From positions 27,313 to 91,312 of the forward strand of contig JANQLN010000127.1 of NCBI GenBank assembly GCA_028280575.1: a DNA stretch of 64,000 bases. Reading direction: 5' to 3'. The position numbers were made by a program, and so were the translations under genes. This DNA is from Clostridia bacterium. Its GTDB lineage: Bacteria > Bacillota > Clostridia > Acetivibrionales > STF1-152. Shown here piece by piece: positions 20,744 through 31,116 of the stretch. Below the pieces are notes generated by a model. That model ran no database searches, was not told the origin of the DNA, and saw only the letters and a list, made by a program, of their open reading frames with translations. How positions within the stretch are numbered: position 1 is the first letter of the stretch; every line of letters begins with the position of its first letter.

Positions 20744-21718
20744 ATGTTTGATGTTGCAGCATTAGGTGAACTATTAATTGACTTTACGCCTGCCGGACGT
20801 TCAGGTGCAGGAAGTTCTCTATTTGAAAGAAATCCAGGCGGGGCACCGGCAAATGTGCTGGTAGCTGTCTCCAGGCTGGGAGGAAAAAGTGCTTTTATAG
20901 GCAAGGTGGGAAATGACCGGTTCGGCCATTTCTTGAAAAAAGTGCTGGAAAGTGACGGAATCCATGTGAGGGGATTGAAGTTTTCCGATACGGTTAATAC
21001 TACCCTTGCTTTTGTACATCTTGATGAAAAAGGTGACAGGTCCTTTAGCTTTTATCGTAATCCGGGTGCAGATACCACTCTGACTGGAGCTGATCTGGAG
21101 CTGGAGGTAATTGAAAATTCTAAAATATTCCACTTCGGTTCTCTTTCCATGACCCATGAACCGTCAAGAAGTACCACATTAAAAGCAGTGCGGTATGCAA
21201 AAGAAAAAGGCTGCATAATATCCTATGACCCTAACTGGCGCCCTCCATTATGGAAAAGTGATGCAGCCGCAAAAGAGGGCATGAAAGCGGGACTGCAATA
21301 TGCCGACATTTTAAAAATTTCCGAAGTTGAGCTGGCGTTTTTGACAGGACAAACAGACCTGGAGAAAGGAAGCAAAATACTGTTTGATATGGGCATCAGA
21401 TTAGTAGTGATAACATTAGGCCCCAAAGGCTGTTACTATAGATGTAATGCCGGAACCGGCCAATTGGCTACATATGATATTAAAGCTGCAGATACTACAG
21501 GAGCAGGAGATTCATTCCTGGGAGGACTGCTTTATCATTTAAGTCGATTCAAAGGTGCATTGGACACAATCAATAAGCAAGAGCTTGAAAAAATCCTTGA
21601 TTTTTCTAATGCCACAGGTGCATTATGCGCAGCTGAAAAAGGCGCTATCCCGGCTATGCCTTCAATGGAACAGGTGCTGGATTGCATAAGCAGCATTCCG
21701 AAACTGAAAGTAAAGTAA
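20744..21718 (+). CDS. PfkB-family carbohydrate kinase (fructokinase-like)
   Basis: The start MFDVAALGELLIDF is preceded by AAAGGAG. Contains GGAPANV and the PfkB signature DTTGAGDSF. Confidence 0.9.
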   Translation: MFDVAALGELLIDFTPAGRSGAGSSLFERNPGGAPANVLVAVSRLGGKSAFIGKVGNDRFGHFLKKVLESDGIHVRGLKFSDTVNTTLAFVHLDEKGDRSFSFYRNPGADTTLTGADLELEVIENSKIFHFGSLSMTHEPSRSTTLKAVRYAKEKGCIISYDPNWRPPLWKSDAAAKEGMKAGLQYADILKISEVELAFLTGQTDLEKGSKILFDMGIRLVVITLGPKGCYYRCNAGTGQLATYDIKAADTTGAGDSFLGGLLYHLSRFKGALDTINKQELEKILDFSNATGALCAAEKGAIPAMPSMEQVLDCISSIPKLKVK

Positions 21719-21870
21719 GAGCTGCTCTGATAATATAGTGAAAAACTCCTCCTAAAACAGCGGAGAATAATAATTTTATTATATATACATTGTAAATTGA
21801 TCCTGTACTTTTAAAAAAATTAAATATTGCCGTATTGAAGGGGAGCCAGCTAATAAAAAAGTTTCACTGT

Positions 21871-22092
21871 TTATTCCTCCTCTTTTTCTTCAAGTTCAAC
21901 AATTTCACAATTAAACTCAGAGGATTTATAGTTGTAGCTGGAAAAAAAACGGCAGCGCTCCCCCCTGTACTTAAACTTACCTGCCGCAACAACAAATGCT
22001 ACACTGACATCTGCGTCACAACCTGCTTGATGCCTCACATGCTCCTCAGTCAAATCTTTCATTATTTTTGCTATATCATCAACTGTTGACAT
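21871..22092 (-). CDS. Small hypothetical protein (73 aa, acidic tail, 3 Cys)
   Basis: ORF preceded by an RBS-like AAAAGGAGAATGGG. I recognise no family. Confidence 0.4.
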   Translation of the reverse strand: MSTVDDIAKIMKDLTEEHVRHQAGCDADVSVAFVVAAGKFKYRGERCRFFSSYNYKSSEFNCEIVELEEKEEE

Positions 22093-22495
22093 CCCATTCT
22101 CCTTTTAGGCTCAAAACAAAAGCCTTTATTTTTTTAAGGTTAAAATCTTAAGTCAGCTAAAAGCATATCGACAGATTTTTAAACTATGTAATTAAAGGAG
22201 TTTTTGTTTAATTCTTGTTGTTAAATTACTTTTTACCTTTTTGACAAACTTTAACTATATTATACTTTGTCATTTAGCAAAAGTCAATTGCTGTTTTCCT
22301 TTTTTGTGAAATCATAATGTGTATAAAATGTTTAGTGTTATAATCAAGCTTAGAAGCCTTGGACAAAACTCCTGTATTTTGTTTGTCCAAACTTTTTAAA
22401 AAACGGCGAACTGCTTTATATTTAACGTATTTTTGAAGGTTTGGACCGAAAACAACGGACAAAAAGATATTTTACACCTAGAAAGAAGGTTTTTT

Positions 22496-22831
22496 ATGAG
22501 TAATGCTTTAGGGAAAAGAATAAAGCTTTTAAGAAAGGAACATAACTTAACCCAATTAGATTTTTCAAAGCTGGTTAATATAGCTAATACTACTTTATCT
22601 CAATATGAATCCGGTAAACGGATACCCAGTGACGATATAAAAATCAAAATAGCAAATTATTTCCACGTATCGGTTGACTATCTCCTGGGCCAAACCGATA
22701 TCCGGCCTTTAAGAGAGGCAGCCAAAACTACCTACAGCCTTGATACTGAGGGTCTTACCGGAGAAGATATAAAAATAGTTGAGGATATAATCAAAAGCAT
22801 CAAAACTCGTCGAAAAGCTGAAAAAAAATAG
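22496..22831 (+). CDS. XRE-family HTH transcriptional regulator
   Basis: MSNALGKRIKLLRKEHNLTQLDFSKLVNIANTTLSQYESGKRIPS is a classic Cro/C1 HTH. I moved the start to 22496 (RBS GAAAGAAGG). Confidence 0.85.
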   Translation: MSNALGKRIKLLRKEHNLTQLDFSKLVNIANTTLSQYESGKRIPSDDIKIKIANYFHVSVDYLLGQTDIRPLREAAKTTYSLDTEGLTGEDIKIVEDIIKSIKTRRKAEKK

Positions 22832-23005
22832 CCTATACTAAATTATAATTTAATTTTTAACACCTTTCTCTTTTTTTATCTCTATGTTTATGGTAGTATG
22901 TCTATTGAGGGGGTTAATTTTCCTTAAAAGTTAAATAAAAGTACGGTATTGCCCAATAAGCTTAAATCATAGTATCTATGTAACTTTAGAAATGGAGATG
23001 GTTTA

Positions 23006-24682
23006 ATGAACAAAAATATGCAAATCACTACCTTAAGCTCTCTTGTCAAAGTATTTCCCGATGAAGAAATGAATTTTGCACCTTTGAATAAAGCTACCAT
23101 GATGAGTAATGAAGTATACTCTTTCCAGGCTGCTTACCACTGGAACGACCGTATGCTAAAAAATGTAAAAATTGAAGCACAAACTGAATTATCACCATGG
23201 GTAACTCTGCGAAAGGTTGCACTGGCTCCTTCAGAAATGCCCTGCTATTGGGACCATGACGATAATATTTTGAGAACAACGCCGGGATTGTATCCCGACC
23301 CTTTAATGCCGTTGGATGAAGAGGGCATAAAACTTTTACCCGGACAGTGGCGTTCCATATGGATTCAGGTTGACCCAAAAGGACAGGCCAAAGCCGGAGT
23401 ATATCCCATAAAGCTGTATTTTCGGACAGAATCAGGGGATGAACTGGGTGAAGCGGCCTTTAAGCTGGAAATAATTAATGCCAATCTTCCCAGGCAAAGG
23501 CTTATCCATACCCAATGGTTTCATACCGACTGCCTTGCAACAGCCTATAATGTTGAAGTATTCAGCCCGGAGCATTGGAACTATATTGAACTTTACATAA
23601 AAACTGCGGTAAAACATGGAATCAACATGATATTGACACCAATATTCACACCCCCGCTGGATACCGCAATAGGCAGAGAAAGACCTACGGTTCAATTGAT
23701 TGATGTTGAAAAATCCGGTTCTGCTTACTCCTTTAAGTTTGAAAAGCTCAAGCGCTGGGTAGACATATGCAAAGCCAGCGGGGTTCAATATTTCGAATTC
23801 TCCCACTTGTTTACACAATGGGGAGCCAAGCACGCACCTAAAATCATAGCAACAGAAGACGGACAGTCAAAACAGATTTTTGGATGGGACACCGATTCCG
23901 GAGGAAAGGACTACAAACATTTTTTATCCCTGCTGCTTCCGGCTTTAATCGAATTCATCAAACAAAATAACCTTGAAAAATGCAGTTTTTTCCATATTTC
24001 CGATGAACCCACTTTAGAGCATCTTGAAACCTATAAAAACGTATCTCTCATTATTGAAGAGCATCTTAAAGGGTTCCCCATTATCGATGCATTATCCGAT
24101 TATGAATTTTACAGGACAGGTGTTGTTAAAAATCCAATACCTGCTTCAAACCATATAGACAGTTTCCTTGAAAACAATGTGCCCAATCTTTGGACATACT
24201 ACTGCTGTTCCCAATACCATAAGGTTTCAAACCGTTTTTTCAATATGCCGTCCGCAAGGAACAGGATTATAGGTATCCAATTATATAAATTTAATATTTA
24301 CGGTTTCCTTCACTGGGGTTACAATTTCTGGTATTCCCAGTTCTCACTGTATCCAATAGATCCCTTTTGTTCAACTGATGCTGGCTGCGGCTTTCCGTCG
24401 GGGGATGCTTTTGTTGTTTACCCGGGCAAAGACGGGCCTGTTGAGTCTTTAAGGCTTGAAGTTTTCTTTGAGGCACTCCAGGACTTGCGCGCATTAATCC
24501 TGCTGGAAGGTCTGATCGGCCGGGAAGCAGTTTTGGAAATAGTTGAGGAAGGGCTTGACGAACCCATTACTTTTAGCTCTTACCCCACAGGCCACGAATG
24601 GCTCCTTCAAAAAAGAGAACAGGTAAACCGGATGATTGCAGATCATTTTATATTGCAGCACTCTCCCCGGGAACATATATGA
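23006..24682 (+). CDS. DUF4091-like (GH123-related) putative glycoside hydrolase
   Basis: 558 aa and cytoplasmic (no signal peptide). A TIM-barrel-like central region (QWFHTDCLA…HGINMILTP…FHISDEP…LHWGYNFW) recalls DUF4091. The assignment is from memory only. Confidence 0.55.
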   Translation: MNKNMQITTLSSLVKVFPDEEMNFAPLNKATMMSNEVYSFQAAYHWNDRMLKNVKIEAQTELSPWVTLRKVALAPSEMPCYWDHDDNILRTTPGLYPDPLMPLDEEGIKLLPGQWRSIWIQVDPKGQAKAGVYPIKLYFRTESGDELGEAAFKLEIINANLPRQRLIHTQWFHTDCLATAYNVEVFSPEHWNYIELYIKTAVKHGINMILTPIFTPPLDTAIGRERPTVQLIDVEKSGSAYSFKFEKLKRWVDICKASGVQYFEFSHLFTQWGAKHAPKIIATEDGQSKQIFGWDTDSGGKDYKHFLSLLLPALIEFIKQNNLEKCSFFHISDEPTLEHLETYKNVSLIIEEHLKGFPIIDALSDYEFYRTGVVKNPIPASNHIDSFLENNVPNLWTYYCCSQYHKVSNRFFNMPSARNRIIGIQLYKFNIYGFLHWGYNFWYSQFSLYPIDPFCSTDAGCGFPSGDAFVVYPGKDGPVESLRLEVFFEALQDLRALILLEGLIGREAVLEIVEEGLDEPITFSSYPTGHEWLLQKREQVNRMIADHFILQHSPREHI

Positions 24683-24706
24683 TTTTCACCACTTTAAAAA
24701 CCTTGT

Positions 24707-24729
24707 GCCTGCCATGGTTTATGGCAGGC
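24707..24729. terminator. Hairpin between convergent genes
   Basis: gcctgccat-ggttt-atggcaggc forms a 9-bp stem. On the minus strand a T-rich run follows (acaaggttttt). Confidence 0.5.
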
Positions 24730-24808
24730 CATACAGGACAGCTATTTGACACATAAAGCCTCCGTTTAATAAATCATTCCACATGTTCCGGAAAGCTTAT
24801 TTCTACCA

Positions 24809-27088
24809 TCATTGGTTCTGGTAAAGCTTTCTATATTCACCGGGGGTTTGTCCGACCAGCTGTTTGAATTTTTTAATGAAACTGGATACATCACTGTAGC
24901 CAATCTGTTCCACCACATTCTTAAGAGAAGCGTTTTCAGACCTTAGAAGCTCCTTTGCTTTTTCTATTTTCAGGCGGTTGATATATTGTGAAAGGGTCTG
25001 TCCGGCCTGGACCTTAAAATAGTGGCTCAAGTTGGAAATGGACATTCCAAAATCATCTGCCATGTTTTGAACAGAAAAACTATAATCCTGGTAGTTTGCA
25101 TGGATATATCCATAGATTCGTTTCATCATGCTCTCATGGCTGCCGGTTTTATCTTCCCGTATATAGCTGCATATGTCAAAGCAGATGCGTCTGACGGCTT
25201 CGGCAACTTCCTCCACCGTATGAAATTCCATGAGTAAAATGGTATCAGGATATTCACTTTTGCATTTTGCAAAGCCTTTATAGATTAGATAAGTGGTTTT
25301 GATGGCTGTATTAATAATATCAAAACACAGGCATCTGGCAACAAAAAGCGGAGTATTGTCTTCTTTGATAATCCGAATCAGCTTTATGATAATTTCTTCA
25401 ATTTTATCTATATTTCCCTGAAGAACGGATAGCTCCAATTCTTCCAATTCTTTCAGGGGATAATATTCAAGCCTTACGGCCCGTGCCATAACCTCATCAA
25501 AGAAGATTACCTTGTTCTTGCCTTTAACAAGCCTGTAATCAATAGAAGTAGATGCTTCTATATAGGATTTTCCTACCTGGTTTATCAGCCCGTATCTCTT
25601 ACCTACTCCAATGGTACTCTTGATTTTCCATTTTTCGTTCAGGTACTGCTGTATAAAAAGAAGCTGGATCTTAAGCATAGAATCACTGATTGTATCATGA
25701 GCCATTATGAATAAAATTTTATTGGCTTCAATGCTGCCCTTGCCATACCCTTCTATCTCGTCTGGAAATTTATCTTCTATCCTTTTGATTATTTCATTCT
25801 CCTGGTTACCTGTTAAGGAAGTGTTTCCATCTAATGAAATGACGACAACCCTATAATCAGGCTTCGTAAAACATATGCCTATATCCCTGCCACGGTTATT
25901 AAAATCCCTGATATTCTTGATATTGCCTTTCAGGAAATCCAATAGTAAAAATTCCTTTAAGGCCTCCCGGCTGTTTCTCATTTTTCCGGCCAGAACCTTG
26001 CCGTTAACCGTCAAATGTGTTAACGCAAGTTTAATGACATTAATCTCATTGTTCTCCATTGGAATGTGCCTCCAGCTTTCTTCTGCAAAAATCTTTAATT
26101 TTTTGATGGGATTGTAGTTTACAGCCATTAAAAAGTAAATTGCCATGCCTCCAAGCAATATTATCATGACGGTACCTAGAAGGAATTTTGTTCTGACATC
26201 GGATACTTTTTTCAATATAACCTCAGAAGGAACAAGGGTTACGTAGGTCCAGCCCGTATTCCCGGACCGGACATAAGAGAGGCAGTATTTGCTATTACCA
26301 ATTTCTATAATCCGTGTACCCGTATTCCTGATTTTAGATATTAAGCTTTTAAACTCAGTACTCTCCAGGTAATCATCATGCCACAGGGAAGTTACAATAC
26401 CGCCTTCGTGGTCCAATATTACGGTATTCGCTTCATCCTTACCCAGATTATTTCTTATCAGATATTTTAAAGAATCCTCATCAATTAAAAAAATAATAGT
26501 TCCATAAGGCTTTGCGCTATTGGAAGGAAATGGATACATGTAGGTAATAAAGCGCTTCTTTTCATTTTTGAGAACCGTAACATCTTCTGCAAGGCGCAGC
26601 GTTGGACGGGAAATGGAATTGATGTCCTCATTAAAGCTGCTGAAATTCCAATGGGCATAGTTATAGACAAAGCCAATAAATGACGGCAGGGTATAGGAGC
26701 TGATTGAAGAATAAATATAGCTGTCATTCCGAAAGTAAAAACAAATCTCATGTATAAAATCATTGGTAATATCATAATCGAAAAGAATTTTTTTTATATC
26801 AATAATATTTGTAGGATTATGTTTTATGGAGTACGGAAGGAATTCCTCATTGCCGTACAATTGTAATGGGATTTTTTTAAGCTCTTCCATCTGCTGTTCA
26901 ACTATATGATTTACCTTTATCATAGCATCAAGATTGCGGTTTAATATTTCCTCTTCCAGAATATTCATAAAATAATTGTATACAAGTATACCCATTATTA
27001 ATGAGGGAATCAATAAAATAATCATATAAGAAATGAGGTATTTAAAAAATACCCTGGAGAAACTGTGAAAATTTTTCAAACAAACCAC
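24809..27088 (-). CDS. Membrane-anchored AraC-family regulator (TM - extracytoplasmic sensor - TM - linker - AraC HTH)
   Basis: 759 aa with two hydrophobic segments (res ~15-37 and ~300-322) bracketing a ~260-aa loop, and a C-terminal AraC HTH (GYSDVSSFIKKFKQLVGQTPGEY). The start is ambiguous (GTG 27088, or TTG 27079 preceded by GGGGTGG). Confidence 0.8.
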   Translation of the reverse strand: MVCLKNFHSFSRVFFKYLISYMIILLIPSLIMGILVYNYFMNILEEEILNRNLDAMIKVNHIVEQQMEELKKIPLQLYGNEEFLPYSIKHNPTNIIDIKKILFDYDITNDFIHEICFYFRNDSYIYSSISSYTLPSFIGFVYNYAHWNFSSFNEDINSISRPTLRLAEDVTVLKNEKKRFITYMYPFPSNSAKPYGTIIFLIDEDSLKYLIRNNLGKDEANTVILDHEGGIVTSLWHDDYLESTEFKSLISKIRNTGTRIIEIGNSKYCLSYVRSGNTGWTYVTLVPSEVILKKVSDVRTKFLLGTVMIILLGGMAIYFLMAVNYNPIKKLKIFAEESWRHIPMENNEINVIKLALTHLTVNGKVLAGKMRNSREALKEFLLLDFLKGNIKNIRDFNNRGRDIGICFTKPDYRVVVISLDGNTSLTGNQENEIIKRIEDKFPDEIEGYGKGSIEANKILFIMAHDTISDSMLKIQLLFIQQYLNEKWKIKSTIGVGKRYGLINQVGKSYIEASTSIDYRLVKGKNKVIFFDEVMARAVRLEYYPLKELEELELSVLQGNIDKIEEIIIKLIRIIKEDNTPLFVARCLCFDIINTAIKTTYLIYKGFAKCKSEYPDTILLMEFHTVEEVAEAVRRICFDICSYIREDKTGSHESMMKRIYGYIHANYQDYSFSVQNMADDFGMSISNLSHYFKVQAGQTLSQYINRLKIEKAKELLRSENASLKNVVEQIGYSDVSSFIKKFKQLVGQTPGEYRKLYQNQ

Positions 27089-27377
27089 CCCGGTTAAAAG
27101 CTTTTAATAAGGATATAGATAAACTCTTTAAAATCTGATATGCATATATTTTATCATGTTAAAAATTATTTTTCAAATAAATACAAGTATTATTAAAATA
27201 TCACCTATTTTCAAATATGACATATATTAATGAGTCCGGGAACCTTCTTAAATATAGAAAACCGACAGGTGCCATTACGGCTTCAAAAGCGGCAAGGAGC
27301 TTGAAATATACTTATTTACACCACCGCTTTAATCTTATATAATGAGCCTGAATACAAAATGCCCGGGAGGATAAACG

Positions 27378-28334
27378 ATGAGAGGTGTAAAGGAAGCAAC
27401 CCTGGAAATACATTTTAAAAAGCAATACCGGTTAAAAAGGTGGAAGCGGATGAAAGGAAACTATGAGCTTTACTTATTTTTACTTCCCACTGTTGTATAC
27501 TTTTTAATATTCCATTACGGTCCCATGTATGGAATACAAATTGCTTTTAAAAATTTTATTGCTGTTGAAGGAATATGGGGAAGCCCCTGGGTAGGAATTG
27601 ACCATTTTCAAAGGTTTTTTAATTCCTTCCAGTTCTGGACGCTTTTGAGGAACACTCTCGGACTCAGTGTTTATGGCCTGGCAGCCGGATTTCCTATCCC
27701 TATTATACTGGCATTATTATTAAATCAGCTAAGCAGCAAAAAATACAAAAAAATTGTACAGACAGTTACTTATGCGCCGCATTTTATCTCTACCGTAGTA
27801 TTAGTGGGAACTATGTTTGTATTTTTATCACCTAGAAACGGACTTGTCAATCATATTATTGAGCTGTTTGGAGGGGAGCCTGTCTTCTTTATGGCCCGGC
27901 CCGAATGGTTCCAGACACTGTATGTATTTTCCGGCATATGGCAAAATGCCGGATGGGGTACTATTATATATTTAGCATCATTAAGCGGAATCAGTCCTGA
28001 CTTACATGAAGCAGCAATTATGGATGGGGCAGGACGGATACAGAGGATATGGCATATTGATTTGCCTGGAATTATGCCGACCGCAGTAATTATACTCATA
28101 CTGAACCTGGGAAGGATTATGGGTGTAGGATTTGAAAAGGCATATTTGATGCAAACTGCCTTGAACCTGGATTCTTCTGAAATTATTGCTACGTATGTAT
28201 ACAAGGTAGGCTTGCTGAACGCCCAGTTTAGTTTCTCCGCAGCAGTAGGGCTCTTTAATGCGGTTGTCAACTTGATTTTGTTGGTGTCGGTAAATAAAAT
28301 CGCTAAAACCATAGGAGAAACCAGCTTGTGGTAA
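27378..28334 (+). CDS. Sugar ABC transporter permease (LplB-like)
   Basis: 318 aa with RBS GGGAGG and EAA loop HEAAIMDGAGRIQRIW. Confidence 0.9.
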   Translation: MRGVKEATLEIHFKKQYRLKRWKRMKGNYELYLFLLPTVVYFLIFHYGPMYGIQIAFKNFIAVEGIWGSPWVGIDHFQRFFNSFQFWTLLRNTLGLSVYGLAAGFPIPIILALLLNQLSSKKYKKIVQTVTYAPHFISTVVLVGTMFVFLSPRNGLVNHIIELFGGEPVFFMARPEWFQTLYVFSGIWQNAGWGTIIYLASLSGISPDLHEAAIMDGAGRIQRIWHIDLPGIMPTAVIILILNLGRIMGVGFEKAYLMQTALNLDSSEIIATYVYKVGLLNAQFSFSAAVGLFNAVVNLILLVSVNKIAKTIGETSLW

Positions 28335-28347
28335 AAGGAGGTATATT

Positions 28348-29232
28348 GTGATTACAAAAAGCCATGAAGATGTTACATTTGATATTATAAATTATTTAAT
28401 TCTTACAGTATTTTTGTTGGCCGTATTATACCCTTTATATTTTGTCGCCATAGCTTCCTTCAGTGACCCGAATATGGTCAATGCGGGCAAGGTCTGGCTT
28501 ATACCCCAGGGAATAACCTTTGAAGGGTATCAAAGAATACTGGATGATCCTCAAATATGGATTGGATACCGGAATTCCCTTTTCTATACGGTTTTTGGAA
28601 CGGCACTTAATGTAGTTTTAACCCTGACGGCTGCTTATGCGTTATCCAGGAAGGACTTAGACGGTAGAAATATTGTTATGGCAATGCTGGTTTTTACAAT
28701 GTTGTTTGGGGGCGGGTTGATTCCCAGGTATCTTGTCGTAAAAAATTTGAAAATGCTGGATACGGTATGGGCAATGCTGATCCCCAATGCAGTCGGGGTA
28801 TGGAATATTATTATTTGCAGGACTTTTTTTCAATCCACAATACCCGATGAAATGCTGGACGCAGCTATGATGGACGGGTGCAGCAGCAGCAGGTTTTTTA
28901 TTCGCATTGTCTTACCCTTGTCTTCGGCTCTCATTGCGGTTATGATTCTCTTTTATGGCGTAAGCCATTGGAATGCATTTTTTGATGCACTGATTTTCTT
29001 AAGGAATCAGAAGCTTTATCCCCTGCAATTGATTTTAAGGGAAATCCTCATCGAAAACGAAGTGGAGCTTCAAATGATGGAAGACGCCGAAACAGTGGCA
29101 GCCCAGCAGCGGATTGCCGAGACAATTAAATATGGTGTTATCATGGTGGCCAGTATACCCATGTTAATTCTATATCCCTTCTTGCAAAAATACTTTGTTA
29201 AAGGTGTTATGATAGGTGCAATTAAAGGCTGA
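28348..29232 (+). CDS. Sugar ABC transporter permease (LplC-like)
   Basis: 294 aa with RBS AAGGAGG and EAA loop LDAAMMDGCSSSRFF. Confidence 0.9.
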   Translation: MITKSHEDVTFDIINYLILTVFLLAVLYPLYFVAIASFSDPNMVNAGKVWLIPQGITFEGYQRILDDPQIWIGYRNSLFYTVFGTALNVVLTLTAAYALSRKDLDGRNIVMAMLVFTMLFGGGLIPRYLVVKNLKMLDTVWAMLIPNAVGVWNIIICRTFFQSTIPDEMLDAAMMDGCSSSRFFIRIVLPLSSALIAVMILFYGVSHWNAFFDALIFLRNQKLYPLQLILREILIENEVELQMMEDAETVAAQQRIAETIKYGVIMVASIPMLILYPFLQKYFVKGVMIGAIKG

Positions 29233-29315
29233 GCGAAAAAAATACAATAAGGTGTCTTGCCATACAATTGTGGCCGGACGCCCTTGTATAAAAAAATCAT
29301 TAAGGAGGAGAAAAA

Positions 29316-30974
29316 ATGCAAATCAAGAAATTTCTATCATGGATGCTGGCATTGCTGATGGTTGTGTCTCTTGGCTTATCCGGCTGCAAGCAGCAGGCAT
29401 CTACGGGTGAGCCATCCGGTGAGGAGGTAAAGGAAAACGGAAATAATAGGGACAGCGGAAAGGAATCTGAGGTCGGAATGCTGGGCAATATGTACAAAAC
29501 AGGATTGCCTATTGTAAAGGACAAGGTTACTTTAAGGATTGCTGCCCGAAAAAGACCGCTTCATTCCAAGGAATTTAATGATATGATTGTGCCTGGAAAA
29601 TTTGAAGAGAAAACCAATGTGCACATTGAATGGGATGCTATCCCCGGCACGGCATGGGAACAAAAAAAGAACCTTATGTTTGCCGCCGACGACCTGCCGG
29701 ATGTTTTCTTTAAGGGTTTGACCCCTTCGGATGAAATCAACTACGGCGGGCAGGGAATGCTTATTGCACTGGATAAATTGATTGGCGAATGGGCCCCCAA
29801 TATCAAAAATCTTCTGGAAAAGAGGCCTCAGGTCAAAAAAATGTGCACCACTCCCAGCGGCAATATATATGCACTGCCTCACGTTGAAGAACAGGTTTTT
29901 TTGCTAAACCCCGACAATTTCTTTATTAATAAGACATGGCTGGATAAGCTGGACCTGCCAATTCCTCAAACCACCGATGAATTTTATAAAGTTTTAAAGG
30001 CATTTAAGCAGGAAGACCCAAATGGAAACGGCACGGATGATGAAATCCCTCTGAGCTTCAGATTTGGAAATAAGGCTGATGGTATATACTCGCTCTTTGG
30101 CTCATTCGGCTTGCTGGACAACCAGCAGCATATCATTGTTGAGAACGGCAAAGTTGTTTTTACCGCCGATAAGCCTGAGCATAAAGAGGCCCTCAAGTAT
30201 TTTTATATGCTGTACCAAGAAGGTCTCATTGACCAGGAGGCCTTTACTCAAGACTCTAAGCAATACACTGCCAAGGGGCATAATGAACCTATGCTGTTGG
30301 GTGCATTTATAACTTGGTCCCATGAAAATATATGCGGCACTGAGCGGGCTTACAATAATTATGCCTTCCAGCCTCCATTAAAGGGCCCGGGAGGACACAT
30401 GATGTGGAACAAATATAATGCGGGAGTGGGAAGAGGCGGATTTGCCATTACCTCAGCCAACGAATATCCGGAAATCACCATGAGATGGATTAATGAAGTA
30501 TATTTACCAGAAAATTCTTTGGAATGGTCTTTTGGACCCTTCGGGCACAATCTCAAAAAAAATGCCGATGGCACCTACGAATATATTGAGACTCCATCCG
30601 GAAAATCCTATGGAGAATTCAGGCATTCGGAGACAGTGGGGTCATCAGCACCTGCAGGCCTCTTAAAGGAGACTTTCGACAGGCTTAAACCTATGGCGGC
30701 TGTGAAAGCAAAGACAGAAAGGTATATGGTATACAAGCCCTACTTCCCCGAAGATATATATCCGCTTGTTTACTACACATCTGAACAGGAGCAGCTGCTC
30801 TCAACCCTCAGGACCGATATTGAGCAATATATCAATAAAATGCAGGCAAAATGGATAATTGAAGGCGGTATTGATAAGGATTGGGATGATTATATCAAGC
30901 AGTTGGACAAGATGAGGCTTAAAGAGCTTTTAAAAATTTACCAGGATGCTTTTAACACATTCAACAAGGAATGA
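29316..30974 (+). CDS. Large extracellular solute-binding lipoprotein (LplA-like)
   Basis: 552 aa with lipobox LSGC. The size and pattern are typical of the ~550-aa Firmicute oligosaccharide-binding proteins. Confidence 0.9.
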   Translation: MQIKKFLSWMLALLMVVSLGLSGCKQQASTGEPSGEEVKENGNNRDSGKESEVGMLGNMYKTGLPIVKDKVTLRIAARKRPLHSKEFNDMIVPGKFEEKTNVHIEWDAIPGTAWEQKKNLMFAADDLPDVFFKGLTPSDEINYGGQGMLIALDKLIGEWAPNIKNLLEKRPQVKKMCTTPSGNIYALPHVEEQVFLLNPDNFFINKTWLDKLDLPIPQTTDEFYKVLKAFKQEDPNGNGTDDEIPLSFRFGNKADGIYSLFGSFGLLDNQQHIIVENGKVVFTADKPEHKEALKYFYMLYQEGLIDQEAFTQDSKQYTAKGHNEPMLLGAFITWSHENICGTERAYNNYAFQPPLKGPGGHMMWNKYNAGVGRGGFAITSANEYPEITMRWINEVYLPENSLEWSFGPFGHNLKKNADGTYEYIETPSGKSYGEFRHSETVGSSAPAGLLKETFDRLKPMAAVKAKTERYMVYKPYFPEDIYPLVYYTSEQEQLLSTLRTDIEQYINKMQAKWIIEGGIDKDWDDYIKQLDKMRLKELLKIYQDAFNTFNKE

Positions 30975-31001
30975 CCCTATTAAACAGTTTAAAAATATTA
31001 C

Positions 31002-31035
31002 AGGGCATATAGAAATAATGATATGCCCTTTTATA
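31002..31035 (+). terminator. Intrinsic terminator after the binding-protein gene
   Basis: Stem agggcatat/atatgccct with an 10-nt loop, followed by ttttataatttt. Confidence 0.7.
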
Positions 31036-31116
31036 ATTTTAAAAGTACATTTTATGATATAATGGTACGGTAAATTGCTAAATAAAAAAATTTATGGAAT
31101 AAGGAAGTGGAATAAA

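Noticed and set aside
21835-22089. 84-aa plus-strand ORF
   Set aside because: It lies antisense to the 73-aa ORF, which has the better RBS and a less repetitive sequence. Only one of the two can be real, and even that one is low confidence.
22274-22462. 62-aa minus-strand ORF overlapping the XRE upstream region
   Set aside because: It has a TTG start with a poorly spaced SD-like sequence and a basic low-complexity product. It occupies what looks like the XRE promoter and leader.
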